A stretch of 64,000 nt of DNA from Calcarisporiella thermophila CBS 279.70 (Eukaryota; Fungi; Calcarisporiellomycota). The DNA lies in the NCBI RefSeq assembly GCF_041956535.1, contig NW_027192196.1, positions 10,273 to 74,272 of the forward strand. Direction: 5' to 3'. The position numbers and the translations under genes were made by a program. The notes under the pieces were generated by a model that ran no database searches, was not told where the DNA came from, and worked only from the letters and a program-made list of their open reading frames with translations. This document shows positions 51,112-64,000 of the stretch, in pieces (within the stretch, counting starts at the first letter, position 1; the number at the start of each line of letters is the position of its first letter).

Positions 51112-52776
51112 ATGACATCTCAACTTCAAAAGGATATGCTCAAAATGCGCACAAAGCTCTCATCCATGCCTCCTCCCTCTTCCTATGATGAAGACGAGTC
51201 CAATCTCGAAATGCCCTCCCCTCTTGGAGCGTAAGACAACGGTTTATCGAAGCATTGAATGGAATATATGTAGTTGAGCTTTTTACCCTTTAATATACCT
51301 TTCAATTTAGCACCTTACACAGGCCGAGATCATCAAAGAATTATTCACCGTTGTCTTGGGAGGGGCATTTCGATGAGTGTGAAGATTTGCAAATTCCTGG
51401 AACGCAGGATATATCCTTTTTTTTTCTTACTAACCAATAACACAATTGTATATGGTGTAAAACAAAAATATATGCCTTGACATAACATCTTCACATCTTT
51501 AGATTTTATCGCGTACGCGGCAAAATATCGGATCCACTGTACATTTTCCACCATGGTGCTGGTCACTCCGCTCTCTCTTTTGGTCTTGTTTCCTTACATA
51601 TGAAGCAAATGGCGCCGGAAGGAGGATTCTCCATACTGGCGTATGACTGCCGGGGCCATGGCAAGTTTTTCATCCTTGTCACTACAATCCGATAGCTGTG
51701 CCTTCATTGAATAGATATTTTATCATAGGCTTGACAAAGACTTCGGAAGATAATGACTTTTCACTCACCCGCCTTGCCCATGATCTTGTCACCATTGTCA
51801 AAACAATATATAAAGACGAGATTCCCGATATAATTCTTGTCGGCCACAGGTATAAAACATTCTCACGGATATACTGTCCGAGTTAAAGAAGTCCTTATGC
51901 TCTACCACTGTCTCACAAACAGCATGGGCGGTAGCGTCATCACAGAGGTAGCACACAAACGACTCCTGCCCTCCATTTTGGGCTTCGCGGTGCTGGATAT
52001 CGTGGAAGGGTCGGCCATGTATGCAATGAAAAATATAAACGCATATATAAACTCCCGACCCACCGAATTTCAGTCAATGGAGCAGGCCATCAAATGGATG
52101 TAAGTTCCCTCGATGACCCCCCTATGCCAAATCTTCTTCCTATCTATTGCATATACTGCTAGGGTGCGCTCGGGGACAGTCCATAACGTTGAGTCCGCAA
52201 GACTTTCTGTTCCACCACTCCTTGTGGAAAATGCTGTAGGTAACTACGCGTGGCGGACAGACCTTAACTACTCAAGGCCTTTTTGGACTGGTGGGTATAA
52301 GCTGCCGTTCTTTTAGATCTCTCTGTATTGATATTGGAGGCGGCATATATCTATAGAGTGGTTCCAAGGGCTATCGGATAAATTTTTGAATGCCCAAGGT
52401 GCCAAGCTACTTATACTAGCTAGTAAGTCTTTTCTCATGCTCTTTTAATAAGATATAATGAGGCATTAACGATGGCTCCTTTTTTTCCTTTAAGGCACGG
52501 ACTATTTAGATAAAGAACTCATGATTGGACAAATGCAAGGTAGTTTGGCATTCTCCTTTCTCCCTAAATCCATTTTCTTTCCTCTTAAGCTGCGTTGATA
52601 AAATCGACTTACTCCTCTCACTTCTGTTATTTGCAGGCAAGTTTCAATTGATTGTCTTCTCCAATTGCGGCCACGCCGTCGAAGAAGATGACCCGGAACG
52701 CATGGCTTCTACTCTGCTGGATTTCATGCGTCGAAATCAACGCCTCGTCTTGCCTAAAAAAGTTCCACTACCCTGA
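51112..52776 (+). CDS. PPE1: Protein phosphatase methylesterase 1 (PME-1), multi-exon
   Basis: HHGAGHSALSF, DCRGHG, ILVGH^SMGG, LDIVEGSA, SARLSVP, WRTDL, LDKELMIGQMQ^GKFQL, CGHAVEEDDP; GC-AG intron 51661..51728. Confidence 0.93.
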
Positions 52777-53153
52777 TAGAGCAAAGAGCTTTCCCTTATT
52801 TAATTACTCTTTCCCCCTTTTCGACCAACAAACTTCAAACTACCCATTGGATTTAGCATGGGAACGATGGAGGAGCAGGGCATCTCCTCAGACTTTTTAT
52901 TTTTGCGAAATAGTATGATTACCTAACTAAATAGATCAATGCAGGAAACAAAGAAATAGATCGGAGTTATTAGGAAAATGGAGCGGTAAATAGAAATAAC
53001 AATCAGGTGGAAATCTTAAGAATACATAGAGAGTGTGTAGATAAAATAGAAGAATAAAAGGGGGACCATGATTAAACTAAGTATAGTGAAATCGCACCAA
53101 GCGACCACATGGGGCAAAACAAATTATGGCTTCTCTATCTCTATGTCTTGTTT

Positions 53154-54626
53154 CTACTTGTCTGCCGTTGCCTCAGCTGCAGCAGGCTTGGCTTCCGAGA
53201 CCGCTGGTTCCTCTCCTTTTTCTGCGGACGGATTCGATTCTATCGCGGCGTCGGGGCGTGATTCTTCGGTGGCTTTCGCTTGAACAGGCAACTCTTCAGG
53301 TTTGGAGACAGTTCGAGGCTGCTCTTGCTCAGGCTTCTTGTCTTTGGCACCCTTTTCTAGTTCGGGAACCACACCTTTTCCTCCATAGAGCGTTGGCAAC
53401 TCCTCCTCTGGAACCTGGTCAAGTAACAATTGACGCTCCTTGGGGTCGCCGGCTGCGCACATGATAAACTTGCGGCGTGTTTCCTCCGAAATGAGATTGA
53501 GCGACGACAGCCAGTTGAAAACAAGGGCGGCCCACTTGGGGAAGCGAATGAAATATTTCTTGTGCTAAGAGAGATGAACCAAATGAAAAAAGAGTGAGAA
53601 ACATATTAGAGAGCCACCCTCCTTCAGGATACACTTACAAGGAACTCGGGGTAGTTGTCTTGCATGAGCTTGATGACTTGGCTCGTCGCTTCTTTGGATT
53701 GTTTGCTGCGTCCAAAGAAGCTGAGCAGGCTGACGCCGTCATAGTCGTGGACTAAAAAACAGGCGAGTGAGTAGGTGGTGACGAAACAATAGCAACCATC
53801 TCTTTGTTCCCCTCGACTTCCTCTTCCATCTCATATGAAAGGAGGATATTACGAGATATTTACCTTGTATCATGCTGTCGATATTGACAAAATCAATCGC
53901 TCGGACGCCACGCTCCATCAACTGCACGCGCCATCTCAAGAAAGTGTCCAAGTTCCCGAACACCTTCTTCTCGTCCATATTACCATAGCGGTTGTAGGTC
54001 ACCGGCCTGCCATCCTTATCCTTACCGTGCAAAAATCCGACTCCATTAAAGTAGTCGGGGAATTCCTCATTGAGGATTTCGTCTGCGCGGAAATTGCGGC
54101 GCCAGATAAGGGTTTGGCGCAGCTGGTCGGCGGCGGCATCCAGATCGAACTGGCGGGCACGCGCAAACTTTACGAGAATAACATCAAGGCGAGGATCGTT
54201 GGCGCTGGTATCGAGCGGGACACCCCAGAGTTGGGTTGTAGGCGTTTCATTCTCCTTCTCAGCCGTAGCTTTGAGAATTTCGGGGAGCTTCTTTTTAAGA
54301 GCAGCCACCGCGGAGCGTTCTTACATAGGGGAGGGTGAGAAGATAAAATCAGCTTGCATGATTTGGGAATCTTTTTTCAGCTTATTTACCCTGTGGAGTG
54401 AATAATTTCACGAACCTTTGGAGAAAAACCCGAGTGGAATAGTACAATTAAACATCTGCAGTAAGGATGACAAATCCGACATTTTCGAAACTTACTTGTT
54501 TTCTGGCGACGGTCCTTCTTGAGGAAGCGTAGCAGCAGGCTGGGATTCCTCCACTGTCTGCTTAGCTTCGGTCTGAAGCTCAGGGGCTGGCTCAGTGTTG
54601 GTGATTTCTTGCTGCTCAGTGGTCAT
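53154..54626 (-). CDS. SFH5: Sec14/CRAL-TRIO phosphatidylinositol transfer protein SFH5, multi-exon
   Basis: LWGVPL, ILVKFARAR, TLIWRRNF, GRPVTYNRYG, FLRWRVQLMERG, VHDYDGVS, MQDNYPEFL, ELPTLYGG. Confidence 0.88.
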
Positions 54627-55065
54627 GGCGAGAAGGGGAGCGGGTTTATTGATCAATAAAAACACAATCCCGTTTGGTCGAAAGGTTAAGAAAACGAAAC
54701 GAAACACGTCGAAGATTCATTATGAATCTCGTACGAGAAAAAATTGAGCCAAGATCACTAAGCCATATTAAAATCTCGAAAGTCTATTCTTTCTAATGTA
54801 CGTCAAACCGACCATAAATTCGATTAGAAGGTCGACGCAAGGTAAGGGGGGGGGGGGGGAGAGGTGGCAAAATACATATCATAAATATATATATATCATG
54901 GTAAATAGGTGAATTAACAGGCAAGCCTGTCGGGAGTGGAGGAAAGAAATAGAATAAAATAGTATATAACATAACAAACTTAAATGCAAGAAGCAACATA
55001 AGACGAGAAGTGGGAGAAATGGAGGTATAAATAGGTATCAAGAGGGGAGGAGCCCGCCCGGAAGT

Positions 55066-56376
55066 CTATGAGCGAGCCAGGAGTTGATCGTGGTAACGGG
55101 TGAGGAATTGGAACAAACTGCCGGGCTTCTTATCCCACTGGTTGTGCCAATGATATGAGAACACCTAAGAGAGAGGAGGGTCAGGGCTCCAGCTGCATGT
55201 CATCCAACATAAAGGAAGCATTTACCTGCATCAAACGCTCGGTCGGGAATTCCGCGTCGACGAATGCATTCGGCATCGAGTTGTCTGCACGGCAAAGCAT
55301 CGAGTCGTGGAAACACCATGGCAGCACGCTCCACGGCCGAACCCCATTTTTGATCAGCCGTCTATATACACGATAGTACAACCGGGCCCCCCAATCTATG
55401 CTATTTCGGGTCGGCAGGGGGGAACGGGCCATGTCCGAAAGCATCTCGCAGACATAGGGCGACTTGCGATTGAACCGCATCAGCGCCCCATTCATAGGGA
55501 ATCCGATCGGGCCGTAGCAATCCCACTGACCCAGCCATTCGTGGTGCAGCAACGGGGCCAGATCGCGGACAAACAGAGTATCCATGTCGAACCACACCCC
55601 CCCGTACTTGTACAGCACCAGCAACCGCACCAGATCGCCGTCCAAATACGCAGACCGATCCTGCAATTGCAGGTGCGAGGAGTTCTCCATCGGCGATCCG
55701 CTCGCCACCTCCTCAGGCGAGTAGTGGAGCACATGGAAACGGGAGTGGAATTCTGAAGCCAGCTGCTGAATGAGCGGCTCTGAGGCGAGATCGGCATTGC
55801 TGGTCCAGAGGTAGAGCGTGGAGTAGTTGCCGTCCTGAGTGGCAAAGAAGGAGCGGAGCGTCGCAACCTGCTTGTCGCCAAAGGGGCGCAGATCTAGAGG
55901 GGGGGGGGTGGTCGATGGACATGGGTCAATTCTAGGATCCAATCAAGATTTCTTGGCATGAGGGTATAGTTACCAGTCCTCCAGTAGGTGTGATAGATGA
56001 CCTTGCTCCTAGGCATCCGCGGGTCCATCTGCAGGGTCGCCGCAAAGTCGTAGCAATCCCAGCCATCGTTAATCCGGATCCCTGGTGCGATGTCAACATA
56101 GGTCGCAGCCGGGAGCATGGTTGTATTGCTCGTCCCGCTCTCGCTGAAGCAGGACGACAGGGGTTGGGCGGCGAGCTGCTCAAGATTAGAGAACCGGGGC
56201 TTCAGGGTGATCTCGATGCCATAGAATGAGAAGAAGAAAATTGCAACCACGAGCGTCAGCAGCACCAGGGAGATCAACACGCTCAACAGACTGGTGGGGC
56301 GGAAGCCCAACACCTGATGTGGATAGAGCGGCTTGTACTGGGACTTCTTGTAGCGTATGAGATTGAAGAGGAGCAT
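55066..56376 (-). CDS. DxD glycosyltransferase (GT32/Gb3-synthase-like), type II membrane protein, multi-exon
   Basis: N-terminal TM; YHTYWR; DGDLVRLLVLYKYGGVWFDMDTLFVRDLAPL; WHNQW; start codon uncertain. Confidence 0.8.
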
Positions 56377-57673
56377 GATGTAGAATACAGGCGTGATGAG
56401 GGGGGAGGACGAGGAGGGGAAGTATGGGGGCACTAGGGGGATGCAGAATGGAGATGGGTTTCTTGTCTCTAATGTTGAGCGCAGTCAAGCAACATAAGTC
56501 TCGAGAAAAGCAAGCAAAACGGATCCAATGGGCCAATGGCTCGAGCCATTTTATATTAAAATGAACCCAAGCTTTACACAAGCAACACTGATTTGTTTGA
56601 ACCCCTAATATGATAAGGATTTTCCGCGCGCTGGGCCATACAGCGCCGGACTCCACACTCCGGCTCGTGCGTGCGTCGCCCGAGGAAGCTTGCTGCTCCC
56701 GCCTTCTTTCATGGAGCCCCCCGACGCTCCAACGATGCAACGCTATCCACATTAACTCTAACGCGCCGCTCGGATAAGCCCCCTCGTCCCTCCCTTGCCT
56801 TCTCGACACTAGTGGCCGGAGCCAAATTCAGCCACTCCCCGTCGGCTACTTACAGCCAACCGCAATAACATACTCAAAATACGAGGGTGGCCAGCGGGTC
56901 ATCTATTAAGGTCGGGGCGTCGCTTTACTTCTTCTCTTACAATCTTGGCTGCTGTAGTGAAATGAATGTCCAACGCATCGGCGATTTGATAAGAAGATTT
57001 TCCCTCCTTTGCGAGCTGAATAATGTTAGCACGAATCTTGTTTGAAAGAGGCTTAGGTTAAAAATCACAAATAGTGATTAAGTTGTTTTAATAAACGAGA
57101 AGCGAGAGAATAATATCAAATATATGAACAAAGAGCATTCAAACATCAAAATGGTACCATAATCCAAAAAAACGGCAAAATATAGATATGCATTTTTTTC
57201 AAATTCAGTACCCCGGTAAACCGGTTTTCTTTCTATAAGCCAGGGTGGCATATACCTCTGTAAATAGTGTGGGAGCTGTAGATTTTTCTCAACATATTTT
57301 CAGTGTTCCCTTGAAAGGAGCTACTGAAATATTTAGATTTTAACAAAGTATATCCATCTGTGACTATGTTTTTGCGGTCGGCTGTCTATACGAATCTTAT
57401 TTTCTGGTACATTATTGCAATACGTAATAAGCGCCGGCGTGACACGTGTGGCAGGGCATTCTGTATCCCCATCCACCCTCTCTTGCATGAGTTCACAAAC
57501 AGAGGAAAAAAAATAACCTTTAATGCCGAATGAAGTCAACACGGTAGCAAGAATAACACAATGCACGACAATCGTTCGACGGTATCCATAATTCACACAA
57601 GAACGAATGACAACGACAATTAAATAACGCTAATAAATACAAGACAAGCATGTGATAGGCTAGCCTCAATGGC

Positions 57674-59561
57674 TTAGCCCTGCCGCTGGCTCCCTTCCTC
57701 AGCAAGCTTGTTCAGCAGATCCGAAATCCACCGGCCCCACCCTCGGATGGGTATCCGATCGCGCTGCACATCGGCGTACAGATCGTGCAAGTCGGGCAGG
57801 TCGACGGGGCGGCCCATGACCTGGAAGCTCATCTTGACGGAGAGGGCGAGTGACGAGAAGTACATCTCCTTGAGGGTGTCGACCTGCGCCAGGTGCGAGC
57901 GCATCGCTGCTTCAATGCCTGCCCCCTAGAGCATTACACAAGGGGAAAAATTAAACCTCGCTTTGACATTCTTGGAAACATGGTGAATGAAAACAAAATT
58001 TTGGTTACTTCTGCTTCCTCCCCTGCGTCACGCTCCTCCGCATCCGAAAAGAGTTTCGCTTGGGCGACCATTGCTTGTACAAGGTTAAGCTGCTGAGCTA
58101 GTGTGTCCGCCGAGGCCATCCTCTCAATCCCCTGTGCATTGCAACGGTTACATTAATTGCGCTATTCAATCCGTGCTCGGGGTTAGACTAGTTACGTATC
58201 GGGGGCAGTCACGCTCGGCCGCGCCTTTGAATCGCTGGTCGCCCAGGTCAACCGCCATCGCCTGCTGCGGAATCGCCTGCTTTGCCAAGGCGGTGGAGAG
58301 GGGCCACGCCGAGCCAGCGCAGTAATAGGAGACGCGCAGGAACGGGCCCGTCCGGATGCCCTCGAGCAGCTTGCCGGCACGGTGGAAAAAGTGCACCGAG
58401 AGGAAGTGGAGGCCGGGTGAAAGCTTCACCTTACCCTAAGAGTGAAAGCGGGTGAGCCAAAAATTCGCACTCCATAGCGAGCGGGCACTCACCCATTTCT
58501 CTCGGCAATAGTGCTTTGAATGAGACGCCAGAGCAGTTAGGGCACGCTCAACAACGAGGCAGGCAGGGCATACTTACGCGTCCGTCGTTGTCCACGACCT
58601 TGTTCCCATCGATGAAGAGAGAGCTCCCGTCGTTGGACTCGGTGTAGAACGTGTACAGGCCGCCCCTCTTGACATCCAATAGCGTCCTGAATCGCACGGC
58701 GTAGTTCCCTATTCCAATCCTATGTCAATGCTACGCACGGGAGATCGAATTGAGGGGGAACAAAGCATGAATACCGTTGGCCGTGTGCTCATCCTCAGCA
58801 AACACTTCAGACTCGCTGGCTTCATTCACAGTGAGATTGGGAACAATGCCCACTTTCTAAGGGATGGAACAGGTTTAGAATTTCCCTTTCTTCTTCCATT
58901 CACTCTAACCGGTCCCAGTACCAACCATGCAGTCCAAACCTTCAAAGTCAGGAATGGATTCAAATTTTCCAGCAAAATACTCGAACAATACCCCCGGTCT
59001 CTTCAGAGACTCCTTGGAGGCTTCTATCTGTGATACTTTGATGTCGTTGTCATGACTCTGTGCAGTGTTGGGCTGGACATTATCGGCAGAGACCTCGGTC
59101 TCTTTAGTAAGCACCCCCGTCTCTTCAGCTTCTTCAGCATCAGGCTGAGCTGAAATGTTCTGGTCGGGATGGAGCTGATTAGGGTTCTCCTCAGACTCGA
59201 ATTGCGCTATGGGCGGCAATTTGTCCTCATCCTTCTGGCCCAGCTCATCTTTCAGATCTTCTAAATCATCAGGCTAAATTTCCATGGTTAACAATGCGGA
59301 TGTATCCAGGGGGGGAAAGAATGCGGATGAACCTTGACAGTCTGGACAGTTGTCCGATTGCTCATCCACCAAAATGCCATGCTGGTGTCGATGGGGCGCT
59401 AATCCCGTGGAAAAGCAGCTATGGTTTAATAAAAAGAAGGGGATGAATCTTCTAAGAATAGGCGTTTGATCGCACTGCAGTGTCATGCCAAAAGACAAAT
59501 TAAATTTATTCGTGGATTTCCATACCTGTTTCAATTCTGGACGGTCGGCAACCCTAACCAT
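57674..59561 (-). CDS. PA14-domain protein with acidic N-region and helical C-terminal domain, multi-exon
   Basis: GVLFEYFAG, NYAVRF...GLYTFYTESNDGSSLFIDGNKVVDNDG, LSPGLH.LSV.FF (PA14); C-terminal YFSSLALSVK...LYADV...IP...W..WI. 5' exons uncertain. Confidence 0.75.
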
Positions 59562-60003
59562 GTGGGCACATTGCCCTCTTAGCACAAGCTGTCATCGCCG
59601 CCAGCCTCTCTGTCGCCGGCGCTGCTAAGAGTATGCTCCGGTGGCCGCTATTTTCTAAGCGGGTGGCAAAAGGCTATCCATCCTCCAATTAATCCTAGCT
59701 GGAGAAAAATGGTCAAATCAGGACTGCAGTCCTAAAGGCCGTTGTTCTCTCATTAGCATCAGGCCTTAAACCGGCTTTTACGATGGTCCTCCACGGCCAG
59801 CGCTGCTTCAAACGACTGGATTGCGTCCGCCGAACAATGCATGCTATGTATGACTAGTGTGTAAAGCGCTATACTTTTCACTTTAAGCTCGATTGCCCGA
59901 AGAACACGTCAATTTTTTTCGTTTTGGAATAGTTTCTTCCCCCGCTTGCCGTGACTCTGAAATTGACGCGAGTCCACGCTCTTCGAACGAACTAGAGCAT
60001 CTC

Positions 60004-63000
60004 ATGTCCCTGATACAAAAGCTGGCCATTTGCGGCATAAGATCGTTCGATCCGGGAAGCCACACTGTCATCGACTTCCAATCCCCTCTCACACTAATAG
60101 TCGGGCCTAATGGGGCGGGGAAAACGGTTGGTATCATGCCTTGTTTTTTTCGCGTTGATCTCGTAACTCAATGGAAATGGACTGATCGCTATGCATCATG
60201 GCCTTAGACGATTATCGAATGTTTGAAATATGCTACCACAGGCGATTTACCACCTAACAGCAAAGGAGGCGCCTTTATTCACGATCCAAAGGTCTGTTTT
60301 TTAATCTCTGCTGTGGGCCCTTCTCACGACCTGCCCTAATCAATGTGTATTGTTAGGTGGCCGATCTGCCTGTGGTAAAGGCCCAGATAAAACTCAAGTT
60401 CCGTAGTGTCACGGGACAAGTCATGGTCTGTACACGATCACTACAGCTTTCCCAAAAGCGCTCCAAGGTGGAGCAAAAAACTTTGGACGGCGTGTTGATG
60501 ACGAGAGACCTAGAAACGGGCGAGGTATTTTAAGAAATTCAAAGGTCTTTTTTCTAGCTCACTCATAGCTATATGCTCCTTATATCTGTCCTTATATCTG
60601 GATAGCACGTCGCACTTGGATCACGGTGCGCAGAACTGGACGCCGATCTACCGCATTTTCTAGGCGTGTCCCGCGCTATACTGGATAATGTCATCTTCTG
60701 CCACCAAGAGGAGTCCAACTGGTTCTACACTATGCGTTCTTTCGTCTCTCTTTACTTTGCTTATGCGTACTTGTTCTCCTCCTCACATTTAGGCCATTGT
60801 CGGAACCAAGCGTTCTGAAAAAGAAATTTGATGAGATCTTCTCCTCTATCCGGTACAGGATGAATCGGAATGGATATGTCTGAATTTATTTGATACTAAT
60901 ATGTCTCCGGTGGTGTCTTCTAGCTATACCAAAGCCTATGATAGCATTAGAACCGTGCGGAAGGAAATGGTACAGGAGCTGAAGTTGGACCAACAAAAAC
61001 TGGATTTTTTACAAGTAGATAGGAAGAGAGCTGACAAGGTACACCCCCCTGTTCAGTATCCGAGGACCGAGTTTCTAATGCTCTACTATTTTCGCATTCA
61101 ACAGGCCACCTCCGAGCTCGAACAAGCGCGCAAGAACATTGCCAGAATAGAGGAGCGTTCAGCCAAGGTCGAGTCGGATTTAGCTGACGTGACCCACCAA
61201 TGCAACGAGCTCCTTGAGAAATACGGCGAGCACGAGAAGATCAAGGCGCGGCTCGATCAGCTTTTGCACGAAAAGTCCGTGATGGAAGCAACCCTCACCG
61301 ATTTGGAGGAAAACTTCACCCCTCTAAACGGTAATGCTTCCACTCTAGGTGGTGTTTTTCTCCTTCTCCCAACATCTTACGTTTATATCTGTGGATAGAA
61401 TCCGAAGAAGAACTTCAAAAGTTGGTGGAAGAGCAACGGCGAAAAATCGAGTCCCACGACAAAGTGCGCAGCGAGTGTGAAGCAACCGTGCAGGAAATCA
61501 CTGGAAATATCACCCAGCTTCGACGAGAGCTATCCAACAAGCACACAAACCAGGGGCGTCTCGTGGCTGAACTCGAAGTAAGTCAGCCTTGCATCCAAAA
61601 GGGTACACGCGGGATTGGTAGATTGGTCTTTAATCTTATTGCAGGCTTTCGACCGGCATATCCAGGAGCGAGTACGCGTTATGCGTGATGTCGGACGCGC
61701 GTTGGGTTTGGATGAAGCACTTTTCTCCGATGACAATGTGGACGCCAAACAGTTCACAGAGCAAATCGAAGAACAGCTCCACCAGCAGTCCAATGTGGTG
61801 GCCAATATCAAGGCAAGCTGAAGCTACATTATCTCGTACCCGAATTGCTATGAATAGATTAGATCTAACCCTATGATTGCAGAAAGAGGCCAAAGAAAAG
61901 GAAGCCGAGCTTATGAAGAATCTTCAATCCCTGAATGCTAGCATTGCATCCATTCGAGAAGTGAAAAAGCACCATGAGGCACTGAAGGTCCATATTATTA
62001 AGCCTTTTCTTTTTGTTGATGGAATGATGCATATACTTAACTCGACCATGTCTCTTCTCATCTAGGCAGTCACCCTTGAAAAAGTGAAGGACTGTACGAT
62101 CGAGTTGGAAAATCTTCAATTTTCTCTTTCCGAATCGAACGCACTAGAGGATAAATTACGGGAAGAGGTATGGAGCTTTCAACTCCATAGATCCATCCAC
62201 ACACTCTCTCCTAACTAGGCCGTTTGTTCTATAGAAAGCTTCTCTAGAGCAAGCAAAGGTACAGTTTTTAACCAGCGATATCGAGGATGTGCTACAGAGA
62301 AAGAATCGTGAACTGAGAGAGGTGGATGATGCGATCATCTCGCTGAACAACAAGATCGCCAAGCTGAGCCGACAGAGTGACACCTATGCCCGGCTTGGAT
62401 TGATGAAGTCCGAAAGAGAAAGGAAAAAGACCACGCTGCGTAACCTGTAAATTATAACCATTTTCTCCTCCTTTTTTTGTGAGATGATTGATGAGGTCAT
62501 TTAGACTTGCCGTGTGCGGTCCGAGCTTTGACAAGCTTAACCTCAAGGAGACAGAAGGCGAAAACTTGGAAAAGAGAGTGGAGGCCATGATCAAGTAATT
62601 GGATTTTTTTTTATCATTTTACATTGGCCAACTAGATAAAATTGTGAAACCATGGTCCATAGGGAAAAGGAAGAAGAGCTCACGGAGAAGACGGATGCAT
62701 ACCGGCATATAGGATTTGCCTTTACCGCCGCAAACACCAATCTCAATGTAATGCAGTCTAGAGCGGATGCAATGTCCAAAGAGCAAGAAGGTTTATTCCT
62801 GATTGAATAGGAGAGCATGGGTTGGATTAATGGAACTAATATGCTCCCATTCTATAGAGAAGAAAAATCGCCTTTATGACTTGTTCGGCGATCTGAACCT
62901 GCCCGAAGCGCTCAAGCAGGTCGAGGAAGAGACCCAGAAATATCAAGAGTAGGGGATCTGATTTCGCTTATTTTGAGGACTGTAGCCCTCAACTATTTTC

Positions 63001-64000
63001 TTCTCCATGGACAGGATGTTTGGACAAATTCAGAGTGCTATCGTCATGTACAAGTCATTCCTTGCCAAGGCAGGCAGAGGAAAGAATTGTCCGTTGTGCC
63101 TACGTTCATTTGCAAAGTCAACCGAGTTGGATGCCTTTATCAAAAAGGTATATGCCATGATTTTTCTTCATTGAGGGGGGGAGACTCGTTCCCTATAACA
63201 CATTTCCTTTTATTTGAAAAATTTATCCTTTGTAGCTTGAAGACAGCCTGAATACCCTTCCAGCTCGTCAAGAGACCGTGGAAACCCAAATCCAAGAGTT
63301 CGGGCAGAAGCGTAAACGGTACATGGAACATCTGCATGACTGGGAGCGAGTAAATCATCTCTCGCAAAAACAGGCGTTGTTACGGGAGGAAGCATCGGTG
63401 TGTGAGTCCCGAGCAAAATCCTTAAGAAACAAACTAAAAAAGGTGATATGATCTTTACAGAGACGATCCACTCTCATCTCTAATACCTACCTCCCTCCCC
63501 TCCTCTAGTGTGATGAGGAAGAGGTGACAGCCAAGAGGGAACTTTCCGAGCTCCTCTCCCTGCAAAAGAAGGTGGAAGAATGTGCCCGACTGCAGCGCGA
63601 GATCCGCCAACTTGACAGCATTATCGAAGATTACGAAAGTGAACTAAGTTGGACCGGCTCCACCAAGACCATTGATGAATACCAGCAGGAATACGATAAA
63701 CTTCAAGACCAGGGGTAAGCACGCTATTGGAACATTTTTTACGGGGGAGAGACGAGTCTTTCTCAACCGCCTCCTCTGTGCATGATAGCCAAGCGCTTCG
63801 GCGCGACATCCAGCGTCTCCATCACGAAATGGTCACTCAGCAGCGTGAGCTATCGCTTCAAGAGGCTCGAGTCCGGGATGCCAGTGAGCAGCTCTCCAGC
63901 ATGAACCTACAGTTCCATCAGCGTGAACAGTTGCAGCGGACCCTCCAGACCCTGCAGGACGAGCTAGCCAAGACAGAAGAACATATCCAGGTATGGACCG
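60004..64000 (+). CDS. RAD50: DNA repair protein RAD50, multi-exon, truncated by the window end
   Basis: [23 protein letters not shown]^[33 protein letters not shown]^[14 protein letters not shown], coiled coil, zinc hook CPLC near 63088; GC-AG intron 61813..61882. Confidence 0.97.

Noticed and set aside
17642-54730. Small hairpins at 17642-17657, 26042-26080 and 54714-54730
   Set aside because: Short or imperfect stems with no supporting context such as a CTRR end or repeats.
57333-57596. 87-aa minus-strand ORF with a hydrophobic N-terminus downstream of the PA14 gene
   Set aside because: Lies within the probable 3' UTR and has no recognisable motif.
34840-63809. Numerous antisense and alternative-frame ORFs in the ORF track
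   Set aside because: They are shadows of the GC-rich exons of the identified genes.
1-64000. CRISPR arrays, rRNA, tRNA, prokaryotic defence operons
   Set aside because: No repeat-spacer arrays or RNA-gene signatures seen by eye; the DNA is eukaryotic. A tRNAscan/Infernal run would be needed to fully exclude small RNAs.

Overview
Eukaryotic genomic DNA from an intron-rich early-diverging fungus: short 50-100 nt GT-AG introns, KRE2, SFH5 and YRA1 genes, and a PLK4. A zygomycete-grade lineage such as Zoopagomycota or Mucoromycota is my inference, not an identification. The window has two compartments. About 1-34.8 kb is AT-rich, gene-sparse and accessory-like. It holds a CACTA-type transposase remnant, a broken E-C-A NRPS, a TesB-type thioesterase, a secreted GMC oxidoreductase, Tc1- and PIF/Harbinger-derived sequences, an alcohol dehydrogenase, a GPCR, a Dabb protein, a GT15 mannosyltransferase and four secreted proteins, three of them small and cysteine-rich. 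It also holds two GC-richer, intronless, decayed coding islands (3.6-5.4 kb and 17.8-20.1 kb) that look like fossil dsRNA-virus capsid genes. About 34.8-64 kb is gene-dense housekeeping sequence: Dicer, PA-TM-RING E3 ligase, PLK4, YRA1, CysRS, PPE1, SFH5, a GT32-like glycosyltransferase, a PA14 protein and RAD50 (cut by the window end). Best leads: the candidate endogenous viral elements, a 669-nt YRA1 intron at the yeast-homologous position containing a candidate structured poison exon, a defensin/scorpion-toxin-like peptide, a stand-alone CBM19-like peptide, and a Tc1 HTH-only ORF. All family calls come from recognising motifs by eye; no searches were run.
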